Part shown: positions 36,406 through 45,663 of the stretch, in pieces | Layout: each line of letters begins with the position of its first letter | Position numbering within the stretch: position 1 is the stretch's first letter | Notes under the pieces: generated by a model | Seen by the model: only the letters and a program-made list of their open reading frames with translations | What the model was told of the DNA's origin: nothing | The model's database searches: none | IMG/VR virus record: IMGVR_UViG_3300009506_000018 | Location: 3,251 to 67,250 of that record | From: a virus | Strand: one strand, 5' to 3' | DNA: 64,000 nt | Made by a program: the position numbers and the translations under genes

Positions 36406-36818
36406 ATCGTCACCTCGCATGGCTTGAAATCGCTCTTCGGAATCAGCAGCTGGGGCGGGCCGAACCTGACCGTGTGGTCGTAGCGCAGCCCAGACTGGAC
36501 CGGCCACGCCTTGTGATAGAGCGCAAACGAGTCGTCCGCGTCTTCCTCGTAGTGAGCCATGAACCAGACGTGCGGGACCAGCAGCCTCACCGACCAGTCG
36601 CGCAGCAGGTAAAAGGACATGGCGTCGATCAGGTAGTGCCCCTTGTCCTCGACGATCTCCTGCCCCGAGTACAGGTTGGCGATGCTGACCACCTTGTCGT
36701 TGCGGGTCAGGGTCGCATGGAAAGGGCGGAAGGTTTCCGCCACCTTCGTCAGGCTCGTGTTCCAGACGCTGCACTTTCCCCACTTGCCGACGGCATCCCA
36801 GATCTTGTTGTCAGTCAT
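36402..36818 (-). CDS. Hypothetical protein
   Basis: 138 aa MTDNKIWD..., ATGA overlaps at both ends. Confidence 0.6.
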   Translation of the reverse strand: MTDNKIWDAVGKWGKCSVWNTSLTKVAETFRPFHATLTRNDKVVSIANLYSGQEIVEDKGHYLIDAMSFYLLRDWSVRLLVPHVWFMAHYEEDADDSFALYHKAWPVQSGLRYDHTVRFGPPQLLIPKSDFKPCEVTI

Positions 36819-37038
36819 CGTCCCGGTCCTCCGTGAAGTATCGGTGAACCTGCACCGTCTCGCCTTCAGGAAGCATCGGCAGCGGGTCGCCCACCGGGAG
36901 CAAAGACCCTCTGTAGGATGCGACAGTCTGGATCCCCGGGGCATCGTTGGGGAGTGACGCCGGAGCAGCCAATAAGTACGCAGAACCCAGCCAGTCGCGA
37001 GCGATCGAACGTCGGCGGGCCAGCGTCTTCTCCTGCAT
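36811..37038 (-). CDS. Hypothetical protein, start uncertain
   Basis: Frame ends overlapping the next ATG; may begin upstream of MQEKTL. Confidence 0.4.
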   Translation of the reverse strand: MQEKTLARRRSIARDWLGSAYLLAAPASLPNDAPGIQTVASYRGSLLPVGDPLPMLPEGETVQVHRYFTEDRDDD

Positions 37039-37090
37039 GCGGGCGTCGTCGCCCCGGAGATCCAGATACGGTGGGAGCGTCAGGCATCGC

Positions 37091-37513
37091 TCAGAAGGGG
37101 ATGTCGTCGTCGAGCTGCGGCTCTTTGGGCGCATTGCTCTGCCCTCCCTGTTGCGGGCGCTGGGCCGGGCGGCTGTCGTTGCGCGGGCTAAGGTTCTCCC
37201 ATAGCGCCACCCGCACCTTCGTGGTGTACCTGTCGTTGCCGTCGCGGTCCTGCCACTTGTCGGTCTGCAGCTTGCCCTCGACGTACACGAGATTGCCCTT
37301 CGAAAGCCATTCTCCGGCCCTCTCAGCCGAGTTTCCCCAGACCTCGCACCGATGCCATTCGGTGCGCTCCTGAAGCTCCCCAGTGTTCTTGTCCTTCCAT
37401 TTCTCAGTGGTCGCCACCGAGAAGTTTGCGACGGCGGTGCCGCCCTGCGTGTATCGGACCTCTGGATCCTGCCCGAGGTGGCCGATCAACTGTAGTTTCT
37501 GCATGCTAGGCAT
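37091..37513 (-). CDS. ssb: Single-stranded DNA-binding protein
   Basis: [42 protein letters not shown]; acidic DDDIPF tail. Confidence 0.97.
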   Translation of the reverse strand: MPSMQKLQLIGHLGQDPEVRYTQGGTAVANFSVATTEKWKDKNTGELQERTEWHRCEVWGNSAERAGEWLSKGNLVYVEGKLQTDKWQDRDGNDRYTTKVRVALWENLSPRNDSRPAQRPQQGGQSNAPKEPQLDDDIPF

Positions 37514-37709
37514 CGTGGCTTCCTTTATCACTCCGCAGTGGAGTGGTTGTCATGTTCATTCTGACCTCGGGCACATCAAGGGCGCGAAACTGCACGTCCA
37601 CGCCCTCCGCGAGAAGCGTCTGGTGGGCCCTTGTCTTGCGCCGAGATCTCCCGCTGTCTGTGGTGTCATCGAGGATCTCGACGACCGTTACCCATAGCCT
37701 CCTTCTCAT
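37506..37709 (-). CDS. Hypothetical protein
   Basis: 67 aa, overlaps neighbours at both ends. Confidence 0.5.
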   Translation of the reverse strand: MRRRLWVTVVEILDDTTDSGRSRRKTRAHQTLLAEGVDVQFRALDVPEVRMNMTTTPLRSDKGSHDA

Positions 37710-38260
37710 GCTGCCGCCATGGCCGTTCTGACCGGCTCCAGCCAGTGATCTGTTTCTCGCTGCATCTTCTCCAGCAGGGAGCCGGGCCCGTCCAGCCAGC
37801 GCACATCGAAGGGGTTCCTGCGATGCCGTTGGCTGGCCCGGGCCACGGGCTTGTCCTCCATGATCTGCTCGGCCACCTGCCGATGCAGCCTGCGTGACAC
37901 CAATTCCAGCACGTGCTCTCCGGCCAGCTCCATTTCCTCGTCGCTCATCTCGTACCGAGCGTGATAGACCTTCTGCTGGGTGCGCTCCGAATAGGTCGCG
38001 ATCCAGCGGGTCCGCTGCGACTCGTAGTCTCGATGGCGGCGGATCTCGATGCCCTTGTAGGTGTACAGATCGTGATCCACCTGCTTCACCCTGTTGTCCG
38101 GGCCTCCGCTGACGATGTAACTACCGCTCATGCTGGCCGGGTTGATGTAGATTGTCCCGCCAGTGGTAGTTCCAGTGGTGGCGATGGTTGAGGTGGTGGT
38201 CGAAGTGTCCGACCAGATCCCGCCCATCCCCATGTTCGCGTAGCTGCTGATTGGTGCCAT
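37706..38260 (-). CDS. Hypothetical protein
   Basis: 184 aa, T-rich N-terminus, coupled to neighbours. Confidence 0.55.
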   Translation of the reverse strand: MAPISSYANMGMGGIWSDTSTTTSTIATTGTTTGGTIYINPASMSGSYIVSGGPDNRVKQVDHDLYTYKGIEIRRHRDYESQRTRWIATYSERTQQKVYHARYEMSDEEMELAGEHVLELVSRRLHRQVAEQIMEDKPVARASQRHRRNPFDVRWLDGPGSLLEKMQRETDHWLEPVRTAMAAA

Positions 38261-38263
38261 GGA

Positions 38264-38683
38264 TTACTTCCTCGTCTGTCGCTTCTCGGTGATCTCCATG
38301 TTCACGTTGGGCAGCCGTTCGAGGATTTCCTTGTACATGCCACGGATCTCGTCGCCGCGCTTCTCCAGCTGCTTCTCCAGCTTGTCGCGGTACTGGTCCT
38401 TGACCTTCGCGATCTCGTTCTGCGTCTTGCGATCCTCCTCGACGCAGCGGCGATCGAACTGCAGATCCAGCTTCTCCATGTGCTGGCGGATCTGGTGCTG
38501 GATGACCTCCTCCTCGATCTGCTTCTGCTTCTTCACCTCGGCCAGCTCACCCTTCGTCTCGCGCAGCTTGTCTTTCAGGTCAGCCCGCTCATCGCGCAGC
38601 TTGTCCACATCGGCCTGCAGCTCATCGATCCGCGCCAGCAATCTGGTGCGGCGTTGCTTCAAAAACGGAATGCTCAGGTTCAC
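38264..38683 (-). CDS. Coiled-coil hypothetical protein
   Basis: 139 aa heptad-rich K/E/L sequence. Confidence 0.65.
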   Translation of the reverse strand: MNLSIPFLKQRRTRLLARIDELQADVDKLRDERADLKDKLRETKGELAEVKKQKQIEEEVIQHQIRQHMEKLDLQFDRRCVEEDRKTQNEIAKVKDQYRDKLEKQLEKRGDEIRGMYKEILERLPNVNMEITEKRQTRK

Positions 38684-39486
38684 TTCTGGTTCTCCTTCAG
38701 TTCGGCCCTTCGGTCAGCGTAGGCGTCGCGTGCCTTCGCCCTGTCGCTCTCTGACAGCCTCTTCGCACGGTCCCCCGCCTTCAGCAGGTCAGCCATGGTC
38801 GCGGCGTCCTTGATATCCTCCAGCACGTCTTCGAGGCTGGTGTCTTCCTCGACGATCTTCGGCTCGGCCTGCTCGACGGGATCCTTGTGCTCCGGCACGT
38901 CTTGCGGCGGCACTGGCGAATCATAGTCCAGCACCTCCTCGGCCATGCCGACGCCCTTGAGGATGTCAGCATAGACGTCACGCAGGCAGAACCCCCGGGC
39001 CCGCATCTGCAGCATGCGCTGCGGATCCTTGCGCCAGATCGGCTTACCCAGCAGCCCGTTGGCCCGGGCCCGCTCCATGGAGTAGGAGCGCACCACGGGC
39101 TCCGGCTCGCCCCGGCGCTTCGTCTCACAGTGCGCCACGTTACCGTCCTCGGACAGCCATTCCCTGACGTACTCGCAGACCTTGCTGCCCCGGACCACGG
39201 CGAGCAACCCGTCGCCCCACAGGGTCGGGCGGCATTCGTCGTTCTTCTCGGAGTAGATCGGTGCGATGAACTGGATCGCCTGAAACGGCGGCAGCCCCAG
39301 CTCGGCTCCCATCTGGATGGCGACGAAGGCGTCGTTGACGTTGCCCCGGTAGTACTTCGGCACCATCGAGGATTTCGCACACACCTGCGCGAGCTTGTGG
39401 ATCAGCGCGTAGCGGCGCTCGGCCTCGGTGATGTCGTCGATGTTGGACAGGGTCAGCTCGTCTGGATTCTGGTTCATGTCAGCCAT
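38680..39486 (-). CDS. RecT/Bet-like ssDNA-annealing recombinase
   Basis: MVPKYYRG..AIQMGAELGL.P..A..RPTLWGD..W..DPQRML..RARGFCLRD; adjacent to YqaJ and SSB. Confidence 0.8.
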   Translation of the reverse strand: MADMNQNPDELTLSNIDDITEAERRYALIHKLAQVCAKSSMVPKYYRGNVNDAFVAIQMGAELGLPPFQAIQFIAPIYSEKNDECRPTLWGDGLLAVVRGSKVCEYVREWLSEDGNVAHCETKRRGEPEPVVRSYSMERARANGLLGKPIWRKDPQRMLQMRARGFCLRDVYADILKGVGMAEEVLDYDSPVPPQDVPEHKDPVEQAEPKIVEEDTSLEDVLEDIKDAATMADLLKAGDRAKRLSESDRAKARDAYADRRAELKENQK

Positions 39487-40450
39487 TGGACACCTCCTCG
39501 GAAGCCACGCTGCCGACCAGCAGATTCCCCACCGGCTGGACATCGCCGCTGTCAATCGCCTCCTGCGCGATCTTCGGCACGCGGGTCGTGTGCGAGAAGG
39601 TCATGTAGGTGGTGTCGGCCACGGTGTAGCCCTTGCGGGCGACTTCCTTGCGAGTGAAGCACGAGCCGTCCGGCATCAGCGCCACCGAGGCCTCGCCCAT
39701 CAGCATCTGGATGCGAGCCTTGCAACCCTCCGCCACGGCGCTGTAAGTCTTCACCACTTCCTTCGCGTCGTTCATGACGTCGAGATACTTCTGCGCGACC
39801 TCCGGCAGCTCGACCACGGAACCATTGGTCCCGGGATACATGCGCTGCAGGGTCTTGATCAGCTCGCTGTGTTCCCACGTTGGCTGGGGCGGTACCCGGG
39901 CCTCGACCCGGTCCCAGAATTCTTCCTCGGCCTCGATCAGCCGGGCAATGAATTCGTCGTCCCTGCCGATCTCGTAGATCCTCAGGTCGTTGCCGCCGAC
40001 CAGACAGGCGACATCCCACTGATCAAACTCGCGGACCTTCACGTAGTGCTGGACCTGAGCGTAGACGTAGGGCGGGATCTCATTGGTGCCTGACAGGCCC
40101 CAGCCGATACCGAAGGCCGAGGTCTTGCACTCCAGCCCGCGCTTCTCGCCCACGACCTTGCGGTCAAGGTGAGCGATCATGAACGGGTGATCCTTGTGGC
40201 GGTAGGAGCGGTTGTCGCGCTGGACCTTGCGCCCGGTCTTCTCCACGTACGCCTGCGCGACGGGCTCTTCGAGCAGATGGCCCCAGCGGATCTGCGGCTG
40301 GCCCGAGATGTCCTCCGGTTCCAGCTCGCCGATCTTTTCGAGGTAGAGGGTGTACGGTTCCTGAAATGGGCTGACCCTGAGGATAGCCCCGGCATCTGAA
40401 CCGCCGATGCCGGAGAGCCGAAACTCTCGTTGCTTGTCGGTGATCGCCAT
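39479..40450 (-). CDS. YqaJ-family (lambda-exonuclease-like) nuclease
   Basis: GIGGSDAGAI, WGHLLE, AHLDR...LECKT, YAQVQHY motifs. Confidence 0.93.
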   Translation of the reverse strand: MAITDKQREFRLSGIGGSDAGAILRVSPFQEPYTLYLEKIGELEPEDISGQPQIRWGHLLEEPVAQAYVEKTGRKVQRDNRSYRHKDHPFMIAHLDRKVVGEKRGLECKTSAFGIGWGLSGTNEIPPYVYAQVQHYVKVREFDQWDVACLVGGNDLRIYEIGRDDEFIARLIEAEEEFWDRVEARVPPQPTWEHSELIKTLQRMYPGTNGSVVELPEVAQKYLDVMNDAKEVVKTYSAVAEGCKARIQMLMGEASVALMPDGSCFTRKEVARKGYTVADTTYMTFSHTTRVPKIAQEAIDSGDVQPVGNLLVGSVASEEVSNG

Positions 40451-40494
40451 GCGATTCTCCTGTGTGGCCCGGACACCGCGCCCGGGGTCACTCA

Positions 40495-40542
40495 AATCCT
40501 ACACCCGGGGCCCCATCCGGGCAACCACTTTCTGGTAGGATT
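40495..40542. promoter_or_regulatory. Divergent overlapping promoters
   Basis: Minus: TTGCCC-N17-TAGGAT (40524-40496); plus: TGG-TAGGAT extended -10 (40533-40541); AATCCTAC/GTAGGATT inverted repeat. Confidence 0.6.
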
Positions 40543-40575
40543 CACCCACCGCCTACACCCCTTCAGGAGACGACG

Positions 40576-40827
40576 ATGTCAGAGCCGATCATGCCCGATC
40601 AGATCCCGCCCCATCCCAACCCGGTCCGCCGGTTTCGCGAGTGTCTGCGGATGACGCGGGAGCAGTTCGCCGAGTTGATCGGTGTGTCCCACGAAACCCT
40701 CAGGGTCTGGGAAAAGCGCGTCCCCTCCATCCCCCGGCCAGCCGCCATGAGTAAGCTGATCCACGTGGCCGAGCGCAACGGTTACCCACTGACGGCTGAT
40801 GAGATCAAGGAATTCGCCCGGCGCTGA
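40576..40827 (+). CDS. XRE/Cro-like HTH regulator
   Basis: 83 aa; RECLRMTREQFAELIGVSHETLRVWE HTH; AGGAG SD. Confidence 0.85.
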   Translation: MSEPIMPDQIPPHPNPVRRFRECLRMTREQFAELIGVSHETLRVWEKRVPSIPRPAAMSKLIHVAERNGYPLTADEIKEFARR

Positions 40828-40910
40828 AAAGTGTCGCTGCGCGCAGAGACATATCTTCTGCGAGCAGACGCTATATTTTTCTTCCCCATTGTGTGGTAGC
40901 GTCGGACCCG

Positions 40911-41030
40911 CTACTAGGAGTTACTGGGAGTTACTAGGAGTCTCCTAGTAAACGGGCAGTTTACTGGGAGTTACTAGGAAACACGCAGTAACACATAGGA
41001 GTTTTGTCTATACAGATACAGATACAGATA
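40911..41030. repeat. Iteron cluster, putative replication origin
   Basis: TTACT(A/G)GGAG-like 10-mers at 40911, 40921, 40931, 40961, 40971 plus inverted copy 40942-40951; (TACAGA)3 at 41011-41030. Confidence 0.75.
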
Positions 41031-41098
41031 GAAGATAAGACCTAGCCAGAGAGGTAAGTAGGTAGGTCTTAAGATCTAGAACAGACTAGGAGAACCGC

Positions 41099-41497
41099 AT
41101 GGCTTACGGAAAAGTGTGGGACACCATGTTCGATGGTTCCCTCGTGATGGCTGGCTGGGAGGGGGTCGTCACGTTCATGGTGATGATCGTGCTGGCGGAC
41201 AAGGACGGCTTCGTTGACATGATGCCCGTTGCCATCAGCAACCGAACTACCATTCCGCTCAAGGTGATTGAGACAGGGATCGCCCAGCTGGAGGCAGAGG
41301 ATCCGCACAGCAGGGATGCAGACCACAACGGTCGTCGCATAGAACGGCTGGACGAGCACCGGGAGTGGGGCTGGCGCATTCTCAACTACGAGAAGTATCG
41401 CAACGCCCGGGACGACGCCGCCCTGAAGGCGCACTGGCGCGAGCAGTACAAGAAGCGCAAGGCGAAGCAGCAGAGAGTGAAGCGGAAGGCGTCATGA
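41099..41497 (+). CDS. Phage replication initiator (O-like N-terminal domain only)
   Basis: YGKVWDTMFDGSL..VLADKDGFVDM..DPHSR..GRRI..WGWRILNYEKYR pattern; ends after basic helix. Confidence 0.7.
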   Translation: MAYGKVWDTMFDGSLVMAGWEGVVTFMVMIVLADKDGFVDMMPVAISNRTTIPLKVIETGIAQLEAEDPHSRDADHNGRRIERLDEHREWGWRILNYEKYRNARDDAALKAHWREQYKKRKAKQQRVKRKAS

Positions 41498-43047
41498 TCA
41501 CGCTCCGCCAGTACCAGATCGATGCCGTCCAAAACCTGCGCATGGGCGTCGCAGCCGGGCACAAACGACTGCTGCTGGTCGCCCCAACTGGCTCGGGGAA
41601 GACCGTGATCGGAGCCCACGTGATCGAGCGGGCGGCAGACAAGGGTAGCCGGATTCTTTTCCTCGCTCACAGGCGTGAGCTTGTCCACCAGTGTGGCGAC
41701 AAGCTGATGAAGTTCGGCTGCGATCACGGGATCATCATGGCGGGTGAGTTCCTGCAGTACGAGTTCGAGGTGCAGGTCGCATCGATCGACACGCTGCGCG
41801 TCAGGGCGATGAATTCGAATCGCATCCCGCTGCCGAAGGCCGACATCATCTTCATCGACGAGGCCCACCGATCGCTGGCCCCGACCTATCGCAAGCTGAT
41901 CGACGAGTACCCGGACGCGGTGGTCATTGGCATGACCGCCACCCCGGTACGCTCGGACGGCAAGGGGCTGGGCCACATCTACGAGCACATGGTCCAGTGC
42001 CCCAGCGTGGCCGAGCTGACCCAGATGGGCCACCTCGTGCCGGTCAGGTACTGGGCCCCGACCATCCCAGACCTGACTGGCGTGAAGGTTCGCGGCGGAG
42101 ACTACGTCGAGAAGGATCTGCAGGAGGCGCTCGACAAGCGCAAGCTGGTCGGCGACATCTACACGAACTGGGCGCGGATCTCGCCCAACGACAAGACCAT
42201 CATCTTCGCCTCGGGCGTGCAGCACTCGATGCACATCGCCGAGGAGTTTCAGAAGCATGGCATCAGGGCGGCTCATATCGACGGCGACACACCGAGATCG
42301 GATCGCGACCGCATGCTTCAGGAGCTGCAGCGGGGGGAGATTCAGGTGATCTCGAACTGCATGGTCCTGACCGAAGGATTCGACGAGCCAGCCCTGACCA
42401 CCAACGTGCTGGCGCGACCGACGAAGAACGTCGGCCTGTACCTGCAGATGGCTGGGCGCACGCTGCGGCCTTCCGATGGCAAGGGCCACTGCAAGCTGAT
42501 CGATCACTCCGGCAACATTTACGAGCACGGCTTCGTTACCGACTGCCGCGACTGGGCGCTGACCGAGGGCAAGGCGCTTGAGGACAACAAGCAGCACGAG
42601 GACAGGCTCAGGGAACAGCGCATCATCACCTGTCGAGAATGCGGCCATACCTACGACAGCCAGCCCGAGTGCCCCGAGTGCGGATACAAGCCGCAGCGCC
42701 GGGGCAAATGGCTGGAGACGCGCCACGCTGACCTGATGGAGCTGAAGGGCAGGAAGACCGCGAAGAAGCGCACCTTCACCATGCAGGAGAAACAAGAGTG
42801 GTATTGCCAGCTGCAGCACATCAAGGCGCAGCGCAATCGCAGCGATGGCTGGGTGGCGCATACCTACCGGAAGAAGTTCGGCGTTTGGCCCAACGGCCCG
42901 GCGCAGGAGATGTACCAGAAGTGGGGGGCGGTGCCGCCCTCGAAAGAGGTGACCGGATTCGTCCGGCACTGTGACATCGCATTCGCGAAAGCGATGCAAA
43001 GGAGAACCGAGAATGAAAGCAAAAACGAGAGAGCTGGCGCAGGGTAA
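41494..43047 (+). CDS. SF2 DEAD/DEAH helicase with C-terminal Zn ribbon
   Basis: LRQYQ, APTGSGKT, IDEAH, MTATP, LTEGFD, QMAGRTLR; CRECG/CPECG. Confidence 0.95.
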   Translation: MITLRQYQIDAVQNLRMGVAAGHKRLLLVAPTGSGKTVIGAHVIERAADKGSRILFLAHRRELVHQCGDKLMKFGCDHGIIMAGEFLQYEFEVQVASIDTLRVRAMNSNRIPLPKADIIFIDEAHRSLAPTYRKLIDEYPDAVVIGMTATPVRSDGKGLGHIYEHMVQCPSVAELTQMGHLVPVRYWAPTIPDLTGVKVRGGDYVEKDLQEALDKRKLVGDIYTNWARISPNDKTIIFASGVQHSMHIAEEFQKHGIRAAHIDGDTPRSDRDRMLQELQRGEIQVISNCMVLTEGFDEPALTTNVLARPTKNVGLYLQMAGRTLRPSDGKGHCKLIDHSGNIYEHGFVTDCRDWALTEGKALEDNKQHEDRLREQRIITCRECGHTYDSQPECPECGYKPQRRGKWLETRHADLMELKGRKTAKKRTFTMQEKQEWYCQLQHIKAQRNRSDGWVAHTYRKKFGVWPNGPAQEMYQKWGAVPPSKEVTGFVRHCDIAFAKAMQRRTENESKNERAGAG

Positions 43048-43978
43048 GTGGCGAGAGATCCTGTCGCAGCTGGCGGTCGATGAGAAGTTCCTGAAGAACG
43101 AGCACGGGCCCTGCCCGATGTGCGGCGGCAAGGACCGCTTCCGCTTCGACGACAAGGAAGGGCGGGGGACGTTCTACTGCAACAGCTGCGGTCCCGGCGA
43201 CGGGTTTGACCTGCTGATGAAGGTGCAGGGGTGGAGTTTCGAGGACGCCGCCAAACACATCGACCAGATCGTGGGCACCATCGAGCCCAAACCGTTCAAG
43301 CCGACCCAGTCCGAAGAGGACAAGCGGCGCAACCTGAATGCGGTCTGGCGGGCCTCTCAAGCCCAGCAGGCGCTGCTTACCTATCTGGAATCCAGACGGC
43401 TGCCGTCGCGCATCCTTGAGGGCGTGAAGACCATGCGCGGCAGCACGCGCCTGTGGGACAGCAAGACCGGCCAGCATCATGTCGGGGTCGTCTCGCTCGT
43501 GCAGAACGCAGAGGGTCACCCGGTGAGCCTGCACCGGATTTATTTTGAGAACGGCAAGCGGTGGAAGAAGGTCATGCCGCCGGTCGGCACCATCACCGGG
43601 GCTGCCGTCAGGCTGGGCGAGATCGAGGACAGGATCCTGTGCGTGGCCGAGGGCATCGAGTCCGGGCTGGCGGTGCGTGGCGCAACGAAGGGCCTGCCGG
43701 TGTGGTGCGGCATCTCGGCCAACGGCATGCGCGAGATCAAGCTACCGGATGGCCTGAGGGGGCTGCACGTGTTCGCCGACCACGATGGCAACTTCGTGGG
43801 CCCGGCGGCGGGGATGGAGCTGGCGCATCGGTACAAGCGCCAGAACAAGGATGCCGTGGTCTGCGTGTATATACCGAAGGTCTGTTACGAAGATCCGCTG
43901 GACATCTGGCAGCGCCACCGGATCTGGCCGCAGTTCAGAGACGAGTTCAACATCATCGGGGAGAAGCAACATGGGTGA
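43013..43978 (+). CDS. Primase (P4 alpha-type Zn finger plus TOPRIM)
   Basis: HGPCPMCGGKDRFRFDD..FYCNSCG; VAEGIESG; FADHD. Confidence 0.9.
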   Translation: MKAKTRELAQGKWREILSQLAVDEKFLKNEHGPCPMCGGKDRFRFDDKEGRGTFYCNSCGPGDGFDLLMKVQGWSFEDAAKHIDQIVGTIEPKPFKPTQSEEDKRRNLNAVWRASQAQQALLTYLESRRLPSRILEGVKTMRGSTRLWDSKTGQHHVGVVSLVQNAEGHPVSLHRIYFENGKRWKKVMPPVGTITGAAVRLGEIEDRILCVAEGIESGLAVRGATKGLPVWCGISANGMREIKLPDGLRGLHVFADHDGNFVGPAAGMELAHRYKRQNKDAVVCVYIPKVCYEDPLDIWQRHRIWPQFRDEFNIIGEKQHG

Positions 43979-44696
43979 CGTAGTTGCGTGGAGAGGGGAG
44001 CTGGTTCTTGCCGCCGCCACGTGGTCCGACAAGGATGGGCACAAGGTGAAGTTCAAGGTCGTCGGTGGCCGGGAAGGGCCGAACCCGTTCAAGTACTTCA
44101 CGAAGCGCAGGAAGGGGAAGGCGGGGACGCGGTTCAACGCAGTCATGGTCAAGGTCTTCGATCCGCCAGCGAAGACCGCCGAAGACCTGTCCCGTGGAGT
44201 ACAGGAAGTGCAGTGCGAGCTGATGCTGGCGAACTGGTCTGACAGCTCCACGGCGGGACACGCGGTAGAGTTCTGGTGCCCGCCCCCGGACAGGGGGATG
44301 CACGTCTTCGAGGGATTCGAGCGTGGCAAGGACTCCTTCATGGTCGCCCTCGCGGAGCTGGATGACGATGACGAGCCGATTGACCAGAAGGCAAGGGCTA
44401 GGGTCGAGGCGGCGGCTGCGAAGCCCACAGAGCCGGAGAATGGCTCTCAGGGGCCCCACAGAAGACAGCAGCGCCTGTCGCAGGTGGCGGCGCTGATGTG
44501 CATGAACCCGGACTTCAAACGCTGGATCCAGAGCGAGCATCCTGACGTGAAGGATCCGGCCCAGTGGATGCGCGACAGGCTGCAGATCGAATCCCGGGCG
44601 GAGCTGGATTCCAACGACAAGGTCGCCTTCAACTTCCACGAGGTAATCCGCAAGCCGTTCGCCCAGTGGGTCGAGAACGGGGGCGTGCCGTTTTGA
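43971..44696 (+). CDS. Hypothetical protein
   Basis: 241 aa MGDVVAWRG..., coupled to primase. Confidence 0.6.
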   Translation: MGDVVAWRGELVLAAATWSDKDGHKVKFKVVGGREGPNPFKYFTKRRKGKAGTRFNAVMVKVFDPPAKTAEDLSRGVQEVQCELMLANWSDSSTAGHAVEFWCPPPDRGMHVFEGFERGKDSFMVALAELDDDDEPIDQKARARVEAAAAKPTEPENGSQGPHRRQQRLSQVAALMCMNPDFKRWIQSEHPDVKDPAQWMRDRLQIESRAELDSNDKVAFNFHEVIRKPFAQWVENGGVPF

Positions 44697-45226
44697 AATG
44701 GCAGCAGCTGAACACAGAGCAGCTGGTTGACGCGCTGATCATCGGCGCGAGCCGTCAGGTCAACGCCATGGCGGGGAAGCGAAAGCCGAACTTCCCCGGG
44801 AATCCGTTTGACCTGCTCAGGTATCACATGAGCGGCGCGGTAGCCGAGTGCTTCGCGTGCATCCAGATGGATGTCGAGTGGGACCGGCACATCAAGAGCG
44901 GCATCGGTCGCGCCGATATCAAGGTGGTCTGCGCAGACGGCAAGGAAGGCTGGGTCGAGGTGCGCTGGAGCGAGGGCCGGAAAGACATCAAGGTCAGGCC
45001 AGAGGATGAAGATGACATTGTGGTGCTGGGCGTGCGCGGGCCGCTTACGGATCTTGAGATCGTTGGCTGGGTCAACGCGGGCACGGTAAAGCGCGAGGTG
45101 CCGCTGGCCTCCCCGGCACCGGGCAACCCGGCGCACTTTGCACCGAAGCGGTATCATCAGGACTTTCAGAAACTGGTCGATCGGATTCATGGTCAGCGTC
45201 AGCCAACACGAGAAGAGCCTGCGTGA
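44693..45226 (+). CDS. Possible PD-(D/E)xK-fold nuclease-like protein
   Basis: TTG start overlapping upstream TGA; GAVAE..ADI..VEVR spacing. Confidence 0.45.
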   Translation: MKWQQLNTEQLVDALIIGASRQVNAMAGKRKPNFPGNPFDLLRYHMSGAVAECFACIQMDVEWDRHIKSGIGRADIKVVCADGKEGWVEVRWSEGRKDIKVRPEDEDDIVVLGVRGPLTDLEIVGWVNAGTVKREVPLASPAPGNPAHFAPKRYHQDFQKLVDRIHGQRQPTREEPA

Positions 45227-45548
45227 GCTGCCGTGCGCGGTAAGCAGGAAAAAGCCCGTCACCCTGCACCACTGCCACGGCGGGTCGATGGTGGGTTTCC
45301 CAGTCGGCATGGGCCAGCGCCAGAACCCGTTCCTGCAGATCCCGTTGCACGCCGACTATCACACCGGGGACTTCGGCATCGACTCCGGCATGGGCATGTG
45401 GGTAGATCGCTGGGAGGACACCTTCGGCACCCAGCTTTCCCATCTGGCGTGGGTGGAGCAGCGACTGGGCTACAACCTCGCCGAGCTGGCGGACGAGTGG
45501 GAAAGGCGGCACCGGGCAAAGAGCTTGAATGGCAGGCGGCGGCTATGA
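45189..45548 (+). CDS. Ref/DUF968-like HNH nuclease
   Basis: LPCAVS..VTLHHC..IPLHADYHTG..E..FGTQ..L pattern. Confidence 0.7.
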   Translation: MVSVSQHEKSLRELPCAVSRKKPVTLHHCHGGSMVGFPVGMGQRQNPFLQIPLHADYHTGDFGIDSGMGMWVDRWEDTFGTQLSHLAWVEQRLGYNLAELADEWERRHRAKSLNGRRRL

Positions 45549-45617
45549 GAAGATGAAGATCGCAGTGGAGGTGGTTCGCAGCTTGTTCCTCCTCCGATGC
45601 GGTTCTCCACAGTGAGA

Positions 45618-45647
45618 AAGGGCCCCGTTGCGGGGCCCTTGCTTTTT
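45618..45647. terminator. Terminator between convergent operons
   Basis: AAGGGCCCCG-TTG-CGGGGCCCTT stem, TTTTT at 45643-45647. Confidence 0.8.
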
Positions 45648-45663
45648 GTGGACGAGGCGAACG

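Noticed and set aside
40911-40980. 10-mer repeats as a CRISPR array
   Set aside because: Repeats are abutting, with no unique spacers and no cas genes; they fit iterons
45553-45615. 20-aa ORF MKIAVEVVRSLFLLRCGSPQ before the terminator
   Set aside because: No convincing SD and too short to support
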